A stretch of 64,000 bases of DNA, taken from Octopus sinensis (taxonomy: Eukaryota). Position 1 is the first letter of the stretch, and every line of letters begins with the position of its first letter. Shown here one piece after another: positions 63,721 through 64,000 of the stretch. The translations under genes and the position numbers were made by a program. The stretch spans positions 27,590,001-27,654,000 of the forward strand of contig NC_043003.1 of NCBI RefSeq assembly GCF_006345805.1, read 5' to 3'. The notes under the pieces were generated by a model. It was not told the DNA's origin, did not search any database, and worked only from the letters and a program-made list of their open reading frames with translations.

Positions 63721-64000
63721 TACGCACACACACACGCATAATTATATGTATACATATAGACACAAATATATGATTATAATTATTTTGACATTTCATTCTT
63801 TGATTCAAAGATTTGTTTTAACCATATTGGTTTCTTTTTCAACTTCTGTGCAGGTGGCACGTAAAAAACACCATTTGAGCATGGCCGTTGCCAGTACCAC
63901 CTGACTGGCCCTCGTGCCGGTAGCACGTAAAAGCACACACTACACTCTCGGAGTGGTTGGCGTTAGGAAGGGCATCCAACTGTAGAAACTCTGCCAGATC

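Overview
AT-rich, microsatellite- and SINE-dense animal DNA. It is most consistent with an octopus-like coleoid cephalopod, inferred from the repeat repertoire rather than from any search. The main feature is the middle of a minus-strand TBC1D1/TBC1D4 (AS160/pollux-family) RabGAP gene. I reconstructed nine GT-AG exons (60908 down to 30646, 1207 nt) that join in frame with matching phases. They encode the end of the second PTB domain, the Akt-site linker and the coiled coil just before the TBC domain. I found no TBC-domain exon in the remaining 30.6 kb, so that stretch is probably one very long intron. It holds a CpG-rich promoter-like region (about 1.7-4.3 kb) and several candidate alternative exons. 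The rest is mobile DNA: an intact young CR1-type RT fragment, R4/Dong-like 3' ends on (AAT)n, RTE-like relics (one with a twin-priming-style inversion), a maT/DD37D transposase relic, pogo-like and hAT MITEs, and several SINE families. There is also a near-perfect 1156-bp tandem duplication with breakpoints in SINEs, and several hairpins. I found no rRNA, true tRNA or CRISPR array, and no clearly novel multi-gene system. The best leads are isoform-level features of the RabGAP gene, candidate miRNA/ADAR hairpins and microsatellite-targeted retrotransposition.
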